Assembly (NCBI GenBank): GCA_000320545.1
Contig: ADNK01000765.1
Location: 1 to 64,000 of the forward strand
Source of the DNA: Bigelowiella natans CCMP2755
Taxonomy: Eukaryota > Protista > Cercozoa
Direction of reading: 5' to 3'
DNA: 64,000 bases
In this document: positions 25,784 through 40,241 of the stretch, in pieces
Position numbering within the stretch: the stretch's first letter is position 1
Layout: each line of letters begins with the position of its first letter
Translations under genes and position numbers: made by a program
The notes under the pieces: generated by a model
Told to the model about the DNA's origin: nothing
What the model saw: only the letters and a program-made list of their open reading frames with translations
Database searches by the model: none

Positions 25784-27028
25784 ACAAATTGTGTCCCGTG
25801 CATTAGGAATGGGAAGGATGAGGGCACCCCGGAAGACCTTTATCGAAAGGTGGTAGAGATGTTGAGTCAAAGAGAGTGGGAATGTAATCTTTATTTTGTT
25901 ACCAGGAGATTACTTCGAAGGGAATCGAATACCTCGGTAAGGGATAGGGAATTTGAGACGGTAGAGACGACGAATCAACCTCTCTATTTTATCCACAAAG
26001 GTACCCTAAAAAGCGTTCTTAAATGGCGGTCAGCAATTACTGCCCTTGGAGAGCATATTCGAAGGTAGTGAAGGACAGAGTTGGAGTGTCGCTTGACACT
26101 CACCCCTTGTGCTATCATGTAGGACAAATTTCGATCTGCAGCAAAGCGCAAAGACGTTTACGATGAAGGTCGATTTTTATGCTTCAGTAGTACCGGTGTT
26201 GTACTGATGTGCTAAGCCTTGATTGACATCATTTCCTAGGCCGAGGCGTTGTTCCAGGCTCGTCAAGTTCGTCAAAATATCGACGATGCGATTGATCTTA
26301 CGGTACGTAGGCTGAAGTTAAATTTGCGGTTTTCTGAACGAGACAGAAGCAATTTGCTATTTAATTTATCCCAGGAGCAAATCATGCGGATTCTGGATAT
26401 GGTTGAAGCAGCACAGTACGAAACCAACAACAAGAGATATTTCTCAGCCTTCAAGATTCTGATAAATCTGCAAAAGGTGGTGCGCTTGCATCTTAATTAT
26501 TTCTTTTAGTGTCTCTTTAATTTTGCTCACAGTGTACGTATACGTTATCGACCACAGGATTATAACAAAGGGCCTTTCAAAGATATCGCCATAGTTACAC
26601 AGTCAGGCCGTCGATAGCTTTAATCGCCACCCCTCTCTCGCTCGCTCTCTCTCTCTTTCTCTCTCTCTCTCTCCCCAACAATATTAATAACAATGTCGTC
26701 CTCCTATGTACCGACCCTTGATCATATTTTCTTGACCCTTTCGTTCCCTTATGTACGTAGCCTCTTAAATAGTATTGAGTCCATCCTCAAGTCCACACTC
26801 AAAGCCATGGAGAACGACCTTTATAAATGGTACTACGAGTTTATTACAACGAATGTTCATGTTAGTTACCCCTCCACGTTTGCTATATTTCAAATTCTAT
26901 TGTCGTTGTAATTGTTGTCGTGAACTATCAGGTATGATAGAACTAGGAACAGCTGCCAAGTGCTTGGTATTTGAGGAGTTTCTATGCAGTTTGTTGTCGT
27001 CGTCATTGATGTCTTCCGGATTTACTTG

Positions 27029-27066
<38 letters not shown>

Positions 27067-27082
27067 TCTATCTCTATGCAGG

Positions 27083-27117
<35 letters not shown>

Positions 27118-27639
27118 TGAGCGAATGGGATAGAGAGCGAAAGAGGGTGGGATGAAGCGGGGCTGAAGCACGGCTGTTATTAACACAACAACTACGACAA
27201 CAACTATGACAACGGCATCGACGCGCATAAACACTCACAGGTGCAATGATACTTGTGGAGATGGACCGCAAGTTACAGCTGGACAACGAGAGGAAAACGT
27301 CGTCTTGCACGCATAACACTATGAGGAGGAGGGAGGGGGGGTTACAGTGATGATAATAATGAAGATACTGCGATAAACTTGATGCGAATGTCTACCCACC
27401 GTCCTACTAATCGTATAATCTCCCTTTTCCTTCTCAGCACTACCATCATCATGGTCGACATCACTATCACCATCGTTACTCAGGTCGCGACAACAGGCCT
27501 ATTTGAGCAGCATCGCGCCTGCGTTCTCCCGGTCCCTGTTCGCGCATGCCCCGTTGCTCACCAGGACGGAGCAAAGACCCATCCCCACAGGTAGTTGTAG
27601 CAAAGAAGTAGAAGAATAGTAAAATCAGCATCTGAAATA

Positions 27640-27675
<36 letters not shown>

Positions 27676-29001
27676 GTGATGATGATGGATGATGATAGTG
27701 GTGATAAGAATAAGAACAACGACAGCAGCAACTAGCGCAAGTAGTAATGTGGAATCTGGCCATTCAATTCCGAAATCCAACCGACAGCACCGATAGATAC
27801 TCTTCTTTTTTGTCCCACAAATCGGGCATGCAGGACAAAACTCATTTGTGTGTTCAGTATCGATGACTTTCCATTCCAAAAAATACTGTAACAAGTGCAT
27901 AGCAGCATGTGATACAAAACATAGGCGAAGAAGAGGCGCCAGTCTTTCCGATTTTTTGCATCTTTTATAGCATTTCCTTTGCTTTCGCCTTCCTTGAATT
28001 GCTTTGAATTCGGTAGGTGTTGAAGACATTCTGGGGGAGTTTGGACTGATGGAGGTAGACCAATCATAATAAATAATGATGATGGTGACGATGATGATGA
28101 TGTATGATGATAATGCGAAATTAGAAGCAAATCAGGGCGGTAAGTCTGTCTGTCGCCATTATGCATCAGCAAGAGAATCGTCGTCTTCGTCGCATCATCC
28201 CTTTCTCCTGTTCTGGTCTCTTCTTTTTCCCACAGGGAGTCGGTATCGAGTATAGCCATCTGTACGATTCACTACGAGTGATGGACCTGCTGGGAGAGCA
28301 AGAGAGATTCAAGGTGATGATCTGTAGCGGGCATATGTCCTCATCACAGTAGTCGTTGTCGTCATCGCTGCCATCATCAAGTTAAACCTTCCTCCTCTCC
28401 TGCAGAGTCAATACCAAAATACGCGCAAGGAACAACTCTCTGATGCCGTCAAGGTTTGGGAGACCTGGAAACGGGGGGGTGTTCGTAGAAGCGGGAGGGA
28501 GGAGGAGCAAGGGACGTGGATATAGGGAAATGTTAACCTTCACATGATAACACCTACACCAGTGGTTTATAGAACAGGGAAGATGCTAGAAGTAAAAGCA
28601 ATAGTCATCACCCAATTTCTCTTGGCGTTACGTTCACTACCGGCTGCTACCGCTCCTTTTTTTTTCTCTGTTGTCAAATAGATGATGCAGGTCTCTGGAG
28701 ATTGTCAAGCCGCACTTGAGGTGGGTGGTCCCTCCATCCATGTTTTCAAGCACGTCCTGTCCTGCAGCCCAGTTCATCCTGCTATCGTGTCGTAGATGTC
28801 ACTGCTGCCCACTCATTTTGCTCTCTTTATTTCGTCTTTAGCCTCGTCGTTCGTTCCCGTCGTTGTTTGTGCTGATGCAAGTTGAACAATACTTGGGTAG
28901 GTTTACCCCTACTACTTTGCGACTCTCACTGGGCTGCTACTCGTCGAGGTGGTGGCCATAGATAATAGACTGCATTATCGTCGTCATCGTCGTCGTTGTC
29001 G

Positions 29002-29033
<32 letters not shown>

Positions 29034-29612
29034 GGTGATACGGGGGCTGATACGTGTGAATTTTGGCTGCGCGAGTTGCAGAGGTGGCATTCACTTGTGT
29101 GCGAGCGTATGTGCGTATAGTGACGGTTGTGCCGCTGCCACAACCCACCGTTTATGCTGTTTTAGGTGTCCATTATAGACTGGAGCTCGAAGGAAGAACT
29201 CGTCCCCAACGTGTGGGACTCGCCACTGCAGGTACTTACTCGCTTACCTGCTGTTGGCAGACCATGATATTGGATGATGATGATGACGATGATGATGGAT
29301 GATGATGGACTGTGGCGAAGAACTCATTCAGGGTACTGTAGATAGATCGCGCCCCAAAGCAGCAAATCACCTTTCATCGCAGCATTGCTGTCATAATGTC
29401 GAGTGTGCGTACGTGCGTGTGTTTGCGTGTGCGTGCGTTCTTCTCTCAGTATCACACGATTGGTAATGAAGCCTTGAGTAAAGCAGCAGTGAAGATTGCC
29501 GACCAGCTCAAAGAGTAATTATATCAACACGTAAATACGCGCATATAATGAGTATATGGGAAATCCGACGCTGGAATGAATGACCCAATGACCTCAATCT
29601 CACAGCGTCACA

Positions 29613-29672
<60 letters not shown>

Positions 29673-31011
29673 CGCCCCGTCGTCATTCTGTTCTTTCTGA
29701 GGTTGCATGGTCGTGAACGTGCATATAATAATGTTTTCATGCACGTACTCAATTTGTAAATAAAGGTTACTACCGGGACCCTCGTTGGCCAGTCATCGAC
29801 GACGACAAAGGGTTGCAAAAAGAGCCGTGACGTCGTCTTCACCATCACGACATCCTCGTCGTCACTACCATTCAAGCTTCGGCTCGTCTAATTCCTCCCC
29901 TCCTCCTCCTGCTGCTTCTTCTGCTGCTACTACTACCACTACCACTGCCAAGCAGCAGAACAAGAGCTTTTTGCTCCTGCACCATCCATTCAAGTCCAAG
30001 TCTAGGATCCCCTCTTCTCCACACGGTAATAGTAGACACGGACAGCCTCTATTCAAAGAAGAATCAAAATCTTGCCAGTTAATCGCCTCTTCATTCCCTG
30101 GAAAGCCCCTTCCAATTTTGCCAACTTTCTCTGATAAATATCAGCGAGCTATTTTTACGAAATCTGGGTCATTCAGATTGAGTAGCTTAAGATGATATGT
30201 GTGCAATTTTCGCAAGCATGTGCACGTACGATCGTTGATTATCCCGTCGATGATAATTTCTGGTGCTGTTGTTCTTGCACACTGCTGTCGTCATATTCAT
30301 CATCATCATCACCATCGATGTATTCCTCCTGCCACGCAGCCGCTGGGTCCTCCCCCTCCTATACTACTTCTTCTTCCTCAAAATCCTTGAGGAAGAGGAG
30401 GGAAGGTGGCCGAGGAGGGAGCAATGACGACGGAAAGTCTCCCCCATCGTCGTCTTCGATATGCCCTTCTCCCCTGGACGGTGGTGAAGGTTGGTCGGGA
30501 TCAAGTAGCGGACGAGGCCTTGGGGGGAGAGGCAGCAGCGCTAGCCTACCAGCAGCACTACTATCACCACGTCCACCGATAAAACCAGTCCAGCTTTCGG
30601 AGGGAGGAGGAGGAGGAAAAGGAGAAGTAGGAACAAACATCATCATCATCATCACCATCGTCGTCGTCGTCGTTATCGATCTTCCCTCTAGACATTTCGT
30701 TTCTCATACACGACATCTATCTCAGGTGGTGCCTACACCTAATGCTGCCGGAACGAGCGCAGTAGAAGCAGCAGCACCAACAATTGAAGGGGGAAGGATG
30801 GTAATCGCAAATTATGAATCGACGATCGCATAGAAGCACCACACGCACACACACACACACACAGTTCATCATCATCATTATCATTCACAACAACAATAAC
30901 AACAACAAAACCCAGCGAGCAAGCTCTTCGTGGCACTACTACAATTTTAAACAAATGGTGCTTTTCCTGATATACTCCGCTCCATCATTTATCCCCTCTC
31001 TATCAACAAGC

Positions 31012-31047
<36 letters not shown>

Positions 31048-31893
31048 GGTCTGTCTGCTTCTTTCTTTCACCACCTCTCCTGTGCTTCCCTAACTAAAGC
31101 CATTCTCCATCCACACGCCAGGCTGGAGAGTATTCTTCGTTTAATTCGTCAATAGATCACAAGTTCGGTGATAAAGCGGAGGAGGAGGATGATACGACTG
31201 GGCAAACATCTTCATGTAAGTATGTTAGTGCGTTGGCGTGTTTTGTGCTATTAAGTATATATTGTCAACATCGTAATAGCATAATCATCGTGATTGTCAT
31301 TCACTCACATCCGTTGAATCTCACGGGCAACTTGAATAATCCCCCTCCCACTACTCCCAATCTCTTGTAGTCTCGGCGTACAACAAGACACTCCAGCAGC
31401 AGCATCTTAGCAACAGCTCAAATCCGAAAGACGTACGTTCGCCCCTCCTCACAGCGCGCACCACCGACATAATCACGGCACACCTAACATTCTGTTAGGG
31501 GGGGGGGGAGAATCGCATATGCTGCGAGGGTGACCACAGTGACGAAGATACTGACAACTCCCTCCCCTCCCCAACCCTGTTCGCATGAGAGATAAATCAT
31601 TTAGAGCTGGATGTTTCTCGATGCTGCTGCTACTGCTGTCGGATATACTCATACGTTCTTTTTTGCTCGTATAATGCAGCCACAACGTTTGCTACATCTG
31701 GATTACACTCCTAGAGGGGGGGGGGAAGGGCCCCATGATGATAACGACGACGATAACAACAGCAGAAGTTGTTTAAACATTGCATACAGCATATAATGTC
31801 ATCATGATCGCATGCTTTGCTTCCTTGAACAAATTCGAGGTGATGCCACTCTATTGGAGCAGCAAGGCCTTTTTTCCTCTCCTTTCTTCTTCT

Positions 31894-31939
<46 letters not shown>

Positions 31940-31944
31940 CTCTC

Positions 31945-31981
<37 letters not shown>

Positions 31982-33086
31982 CTTACCAAATCCACCGCCG
32001 TTCTTCTTCTTGCTCCCCATCCCCCTCCACTACAGACACACACGACGAGGTTAGAGAACAGAAGGAGAGGAAAAGGTAGTTGTTGTTGTTATTGAAGGAT
32101 TTATCTTATTCTTGCCGCCCTCCACACTCATTGAAAGTCGTATACTCTCCTCTCCCCCTCCTCATTCCCCTCTTTCTCAAGCTCTCCCCCCCCCTCCCTA
32201 CCAAGATGGTAACGTTTCTCTGCATTTGTTGTTGCTGCCGCTACCGCTACTGTTGTAGATCCCTGGATTTTTTCCTCAAGTTTCGGTCGTTGTTGGAAGT
32301 TTTTTGCTTCACTCTGCACTCAGCCGGTTGGTTTTGGTCGCGCGAAGCATTGGCAGCGCAGTAGGCAGAAGCTCTTGCGTGGGTGCCGGGGACGACATGA
32401 TTACAGCGACATTACATGCGACTTTTTCAGTACTCTTCCCAACATGCACGCGCCCACTGTGTCGGTCGAGCAGTGGTGGAGAAGGAGATCGGGCAGCATA
32501 TGCCCCCTCTTCTTCTTCTTCCCGCCACCTTTGCTGCATTATCCGACAACGTCGATGGCCAACGGCCCCACAATACGACTCGCCGTTTGTTACTTACCCT
32601 GGTGTGTGGCTGCTTCAACTTTGTTGTGTTCGGAAAGGCTTCGATGCAGTAGCTATGATGGAGACATTGCTCGGTCAGTAGTTCTTTGTGGAGTTGAAGG
32701 ATGCAGCGGGAACGGGGAGGGGAGAGAATGGAGGAGAGAAATGATCCGGAGGGGGGTGACTTTTGTGCTACATCATTATCTTCAACATGGATCAATACCA
32801 CCCTCCTTTCCTCTTTTTACGACATGCAGAGAGCTGCAAGGACAGTGCGTTGAAGGCGATCGAGGCGCGATGCGAGAATGTATGGAAAATTGATTATTAT
32901 AAGATAGCGGCGTTGAAAGCAACAACGACGAACACACAGCCGTCAAAAGGCAGCTTATTCGTTCGTGCTGTGCAGTCTAGTTGCCCCAGTGTTGTCGCAT
33001 AAGAACAAAGAAGAGGAGGAGAGAGAAGAAGAAGAAGAAGAAGAAGGGGAAGAAGAAATAAAAGAAAAAGACATGCGTGTTAGAGC

Positions 33087-33118
<32 letters not shown>

Positions 33119-33385
33119 TCTGGATGAAGATAGTCCATTGAAGAATGTTGGAACACACGCACACGTACATGCACAGGAGTTGGACCAGGCTGTCACCCGT
33201 GAGAAGTACGAGCCACTGCGGATCTCCAACGGTATGTTTGTCTATCAGTTGGTGAGTGAGCGGATGAATGATACTGTCCACCCCAACCCTTTGTCTCTTC
33301 CTTTATCATCTTCGCCAAAACGGAGGGTGGGGCAGGATGATGCCCGAAAAGTCGCTTACATCGACTATTGTCTTCGTCAGATATA

Positions 33386-33425
<40 letters not shown>

Positions 33426-33653
33426 CTCCTTTCTCTGTCTCTTCCAATGCCTTTCTCCAAGCAGTTGCTGTTCGCCGCGCATGGAGATTACTTGCGGCGA
33501 TGTTATTGTTGCTGACGATGATAAATTTGATGGCTGAGGACATTGATTGATGATGAGGGTGGTGGTGGTGGTGGTTGTGGGGATAGGTATTCAATATCGT
33601 CATCTGGTTCTTGCTTATGGGCTTGAAGATAAGAGTGACGAAGGTATTACCAG

Positions 33654-33690
<37 letters not shown>

Positions 33691-35374
33691 TATACATATG
33701 TGCTAGTAATAGCTATTCACTCGCTTTTCTTCGTCGTCCTCCTCCTCCTCCCCATTGATCCTAACTTCGATAGGATTATTATCAACGAGGAGCAAGAGAA
33801 GCTCCGACTGGAAGAAGAGCTTTCAGCATCATCCCCAGCACCAGCACCAGAGCAGCAACTACCCGATAATGATGCCGTTCTCCATCTTGGTGAGAGAGCA
33901 ATAGCAGCAGCAGATCAGTAGTAGCTGTAGTAGTAGTAGTAGAAGTAGCAGTAGCAGTAGCAGTAGCAGTGAGAGGAGAAGAGTGAATGTGGTCGCAAGG
34001 CCAACAGTTCTTTGGTTCCTAAGGCACAACACTGCTGCTGCTGCCTCTGCTATGGCCTATTCTACAGGTGCCTCGTGTGTGCGCAATCCTGAGTGATTTC
34101 GTATCCCTCTACGCCAATATATGCGTGACCGATCCCCGCCGGCGGTGGAATGAGGGGGGAGGAGGGGGGGTAGACGCCGGGTACAAAATCGGGATGATGG
34201 GTCAGTTCTCACGACTTAACCACTTTCGTATCATACCGTGCCATGCTGCCATGTGCCATTTCGTCGTCGTCATCGACGCAGATGGGGTGTGACAGCTGCT
34301 GCTGGCGTTCACCCACCGTCCGTCGCTTTGCTTGCTTCTCTAGGTCTGATGCGAGGTAGCAGCGCCGGAGGGGGCGACATGTGGAGCGACAACAATAGCA
34401 GTGGTAGCTCCTTCAAGAAGAAGAAGGAGAAGAAGAAGAAGAAGAAGAAGAAAGCGGAGGAGGAGGCTGGGAATGACGACGTCACGTCATTGGTGATTCA
34501 TGCGGCGGATTGCTGCATGACTATGCTCAATCAGAGGTAAATGTGATCGTGCGGGGTGTGGGAGGGCCGGGGGGGGGGGCAGGGAGTGATGTAGGCTCGA
34601 GAAGTTTTGTGTAGAGAGATAGAAAGGGAACGTTATTACAAATGCGATTCCTCTCGATAAATGGAGGAGAAGGCATCAAGTTGCTTCAATTATCCCTTTT
34701 CCCTGCTGCTGTTTCTGCTGCTGCTGCCCGTAGCACCACCACCACCATCACCACCGCCGCAATCATCCAATAACGACTACCACTCTCCTCCTCATCCTCC
34801 TCCTCCTTATCTTTATATCATCACAGACTAAAGGCCATAGTCGTAGGTCCTGAGTCCTCCAACACGGTAAGTGAGTGAGTGACTTGTAGTTGTAGTAGTA
34901 GTAGTAGTAGTAGTAGCTAATCGTTGTTATTGCTGTTCCTTCTTCTTCCCGTCTCTCAAACCCACCACCATCTCCTCCTCCTTGTCGTATTTGTGATGAT
35001 TACCATGTACGCTCGGTCACATTCTCACCGCGCCGCTTTTCAGGAAGCAAACTCTCAAGATCTGGACGCGAAGAACCGGGGGGGGGACCGTCAAGGAATG
35101 GGGGGACACGCTGGTAGTAAATCCGCGTTGTTGTCCGGAGAACAGCCGTATCTTCCAGTCCAAATATCGATGGCCGTGCAGGTGTCGCATCATCGCATTA
35201 TTCTCAACAGCAACAAGAACCAGAAGAAGAAGAAGAAGAAAGAACGAAAAAGGGCGAGGAGAGGGGGGAAAGAAGAAAAGGAGGGTAGCCCGTGTCCCAC
35301 TTTTACTACTACTATTACTACTACTGCCGTCAACAGCTGCACAAGGCATATGACTACGACAATGCACACGCACA

Positions 35375-35427
<53 letters not shown>

Positions 35428-35813
35428 GTACGCACGTTTTCCTATATACTTCCGTAACAAAAACAAACCAAAACATAGGTGGCGCTGAACGCGAGCTACT
35501 TGATCCAAGCCTGCTCTTGGCTAGAAGCATATATCTACGCGGTGACAACGACGAACGATGGCGGCAACCACGCGACGACACCGACGACGACGACGACGAC
35601 GACGACAAAGCCCAATGCTGGCCAGCAGCCCTTCGAGCCCAGCAGCAGCGGCAGCAGCCGCCGCCTCATCGACCCCGTGAACGGTATAGCCGTCTCCGCG
35701 GGAGCAGTGGAAGCCAAATCTGCAATGCCAGCGACAGCAGTAGCACCAGCCCCTCTTGCTTCTGCTGCAGGGACGACGACCAACAACACGATTTCTACTG
35801 CTGCTGCTGCTAA

Positions 35814-35848
<35 letters not shown>

Positions 35849-36127
35849 AGCATGAGACTGCTGTTGCTGCTGCCGCTACTACTAGTGGTGGAGGTGGTGG
35901 TGGTGGTGGTGGTAGTCCATTGAATGCCATGAGTGGCAGCTCCCCGTCGGCTGTCGAGAGGAAGATGACGAGTAACAAGACGGCGGGACAGCAACAACAG
36001 CAACAACAGCGTGCAGTACCGATGATGCAAGGACGGCTCACTGGAGGAAGATGCTTTCAAGCCAGGTGGTCAATCATTGTACTGCAATTAATAATTTCGG
36101 CTGGTCCCGTTGCCATATTTACCTTTG

Positions 36128-36159
<32 letters not shown>

Positions 36160-38057
36160 GTTGCTCTTCTTACGATGAGCTCCTTGATGACGACGATAGC
36201 TGCTAGTGCCTTCTTCAGCGAGACGTGATATTCCCACTCCTGTTATTACTGTCGTCGTCGTTGATTGCGTATTGCCATCTACAATTTTCACAATGAATCA
36301 ATTCATGCCTCTATCTTGTCGCATCGGACAACATTATCATCATTATTGTCATCATTATCATCATTATCATCATCTTCGTCTTCCCACCCACCCGAAAGGC
36401 TACTTTTCCGGCAAACACAGTCGATTTGTGAGGACACTATCTTTAAACTGGTCGTTGGCACATCCCTCATCTTCTCCTCCCCTCCCCCTCCCGTGACACA
36501 CTAAAATGCCAATATAACGATTCCGCTTCAGTCAAAATACTAGCTCAAGGACGAGGCTGCGAGAGTTGAGAGTGACATGCACACGTTATTGGCATCATCG
36601 TATGCCTCTCGGCCTCTTTCTTCAGTGTTTTTAAGAGTTAGATATGAGTGAGTAGTTGAGTTATTGATACTAATTGATTGATTGCGGTTGGTTGATTGAT
36701 TGGTCATCTGGGCAGGTGAACCAGAAGATACAGCTGCTCATGGCCCTAGCCTTAGACGTCGACTGGGTTGTAATTGAATGATCGTCATCATCACCATCGC
36801 CACCACCACCATCTCTTACTTATTGAACATATAATAGGCTCCCTCCACGCCTCCGATATCAGAGCCGCATGACTATGTGACCGACGTGATAACGTACCTG
36901 ACGACCACCTTCATCTCCCTCCAGAAGCTTCCATCGTCGATCCGGGAGAACGTACCTGTGGCTGGCTTCACGCTGATCACAGAGTACTACATGGAAATCT
37001 TCAGCGGTATTAGTGGTAGCGGCAGTAGCAGCAGTGGTAGCGGGGGTAGCAGCGGCAGCAGGAGGGCGTGCAGATTCAACATGTATGGAATTTGTAACCT
37101 GTCGTGCGACCTGAAAGCTCTGGAGCACTTCGCAAAGGCGCAGGCCGTCCCAAACCTTCACAATGCCTTTCGGAATATCCGCCAGGTAATTACTTACTGC
37201 TGCTACTCTTCCTCCTCCTCCTCCTCCTCCTCCTCCTCCTCTTCCTCCTCCTATCTACCAAAACTGCTGCTACCAAATATCTGCAGCTACAGCTTGACGA
37301 TGAAGTATTAACGCGGCTCTCGCGCCCAAGAATGAAACACACTCATACAGACGCGTACCGCAGCTTGATGGTGGGCATTACCAACGCCGCTCGCTTGATT
37401 TATGTATTGTCTAACGAATAGATCGTCGACATGCTGCTCACTGGCAAGATACTGGACCTATCATCACAGATAAAGTTAGAGATGAGGACGAATTTCAAGA
37501 ACACGGAAGAGAGTGACAAGTATTAATTGAAGCAGAACAGCAGCAGCAATAGCAGTAGTAGTAGTAACAATGCAAACAGCGTTTGTAGGTGTTCGGTCTC
37601 AGATTTTCGTTACTTGACCACTCCCTCCTTATTCTCCCACCCCCCTCTCCTTCTCTCTCTCTCTCTCTCTCTCTCCCTCCCTCCCTCTCTGCCTGTCTGA
37701 CTGTCTACCTTTCTCTTGTTTAGTATCTTCTCTTTCTCCTCTCTCATATTCTCCGTCACTTGTATTCATTTTATGTAATCGCGAGTTTCATGATAGTGAT
37801 CTTGTGTACCAATTGATATTTCTGATTTCTAGAATTGCTTCAATCGGCGAGATGAAAAGGTGAAGTTTGGTTTAACATCGTCTCCTCCTTTCTTATGATG
37901 TGCAGCCTCGCCAGTAGCTAAATTTGTTCTCTTGTTGGGTCCCCCCTTTTATGTATGCAGACTAGTGATGATCTTAGGGAACTACAAGACGTTGAAAAGG
38001 AAAGAGGCAAACATACTACCCATAGAGGTCGGAACGGAGTTTCTATCGACGATGCAG

Positions 38058-38100
<43 letters not shown>

Positions 38101-38315
38101 TATTACGCATAAATATCGAACTTATCGACAGTTGTTATGCAGTACATATGTCTACTGTTTTATGTTCGAGATGCTGTCCACAAAGCAAAAGTTTGCTGAT
38201 GTTGGGGTGTTTATAATGATTTTAGGTCCGCAACCTTAGCAGTAGAGACGTCTCCAATGCAATGAAAAGATTGAAGGCTAAAATTAGAGCAATGGAAAAG
38301 CGAGGCGCATCGTAA
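25591..38315 (+). CDS. SEC15: Exocyst complex component Sec15/EXOC6, many exons with microsatellite-rich introns
   Basis: QARQVRQNIDDAI, KRYFSAFKIL, YSHLYDSLRVMDLLGEQERF, VPRVC, VALNASYLIQACSWLE, VNQKIQLLM..DVDW, EPHDYVTDVITYL, FNMYGICNLSCDLKALEHFA..AFRNIRQIVDML, matching the Sec15 layout. Confidence 0.82.
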
Positions 38316-38339
38316 ATTCTAGTTACGCATGCCCGTAAT

Positions 38340-39365
38340 GATGTAGCCATGTCTAGATGCTTTTGACTTAAAAGCGACTGAACATTGATAAGATTGGCAT
38401 TCATTCGCCAGACTTCGAGTGCAGAAATTGTTGCGATGGTGACCGCCACAGTGCTGTGTTCACTGTCTTGTGGGCCATTAGAGCAGCCAAGCTGACGCAA
38501 GCTAGCAAGTTATCACGCACAACGCTACGCACTTCACGCGCAAGCACAAAGGTCAGGAACGTCCAGACGTCCAGTCGCCTCCACTGCATGGTCCAACACG
38601 TCTAGACGTGCATGTCACAGTGCATGAACACATCTGGACACAGCTAGACAGCTCTAGAGCTAGACAGCCGCAGACAGCAAAGATGATGACACCATGCTAG
38701 CATGGTCATGTGCAGTCTAGCAGTGCGTGCTGGCTAGCTGGCACCACTCTGGCACTGCTATGTACAGCTAGACTGCTGCACTGCTAGACTGGCGCTAGCT
38801 AGCTAGCTAGCTGGCTAGCTAGCCAGGCTAGCTAGCTAGAAGGCGCACTGCTGGCTAGACTGTCCACACCGACGTGCACCTGCTAGCCTGGCGCACGGAC
38901 AGACAGGGCCCGGCCGGGAAACGCACGGGGCACGCCTGCCAGCACGGCGGTCGGGTGCTCCAGTCCAGCAGTGCTGCTCACTTCCTCACTTGCTCACTTG
39001 CTGCACGCGCTGGCGCGCACGACAATGCTGCTGGCTAGATGGTCACCACAGAAAACACGCTGTGCAGCATGTTCTAGATGTTGCCTAGATCACGCTGTGC
39101 ACACGAAATGGGCTGCTACTGGACTGAGCGACCGTCCGCTAGACGCAGATCGTGCATCCAGATGTCGTCGTGCGCATCGCCGCAGCGATCGTGCAAAGTT
39201 GCATTGCCAGGTTGTTTTCGTGCAATGAGCTGGCAAGGACAGCCACGCACGTCGACGCACACCACATTGCATCTAGATTTCTTCAGGGCGAGATGGTGCA
39301 GTGTGACACTGTCACGGACTCAGACGCAGTCCCCCATCCCCCCACCCACCGGGCTAGCTGTGCAG
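38340..39365. repeat. Strongly TpA-converted intergenic repeat patch, CTAG-rich
   Basis: Nearly all remaining TA dinucleotides are in CTA/TAG context, mostly CTAG (gctagctagctag). CATG, TGCA and CACG are abundant. Confidence 0.7.
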
Positions 39366-40241
39366 GGTCTGTCTCGAAGAAGATGGTGTCTTGCAATGCA
39401 AAAAAATGTTGATGGGTTTTGCGGGGCTCGAGACACTCTCGGTGGTCTCAGAACTTTCTCCATTTTTCTGTCGCTTATCGCCTTTCTCTCTTGGATGATG
39501 GATTCGATCCTACCGGGTACGCTCGACATCTCGATTTGAATTGCGCCGTTCCAAGACTCACCTCATCTCAACATGAATCGCATCAGAATTCAAAAGGACA
39601 TATTTTCAGATTTTCCGAGGAAGAAAGCACTGTCTCTTTATGAAATTACATCACAATCGAATATTTTTTAATATTTTTTAGCGAATGTGGCAATCTGATC
39701 GTGTGTACATGTGATGGTACATCCCATTGCTTAAAAATTACCCCCCTTCGCCCCTCTTTTGATCCTGCACCCCTATTTTCTTGCTGTAATCAGAATCAAA
39801 TCTGTGTTCTTCAATATTTTACTTTGGCAAATGTCCTTAGTGTCACATACCTTTACTGAAATTCTTCATGTCGTCATATTAAAGTTTATAAAAATCTGCA
39901 AGATTTCTCCCGACAATGAAAAAGAAGAATACTTACAGATCATTCGCTAAAAATGGCTTGAACTACCATGATTTTGATAGTCGAAGGTGAGAATCCCGGG
40001 GATAATTAAATATTAAAAAACAATGGAATTACCTTCTGCGTCAAGGATTTCTGGTTGTCACACAAGCAAAACAGAAATTCATCTCTTTAAATCACATAAC
40101 TCAACTCTTCCCCCCCCCTTGCCCCCGAAACCTCGCGAGGTTTGAAAATCCATCATGAAATGGATGTTATAAACTCTAATAGCTTCTAGATCTAGTTTTT
40201 TTTCCAAATTAAAAGGAGAAATCTAATTGCTATGTGACAAA

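Noticed and set aside
38780-38860. Regular gctagc repeats resembling a CRISPR or other functional array
   Set aside because: No repeat-spacer structure. It is a eukaryotic simple repeat shaped by CTAG survival.
39362-40200. Possible DNA transposon upstream of the BLUF gene
   Set aside because: No terminal inverted repeats or transposase motifs found by eye.
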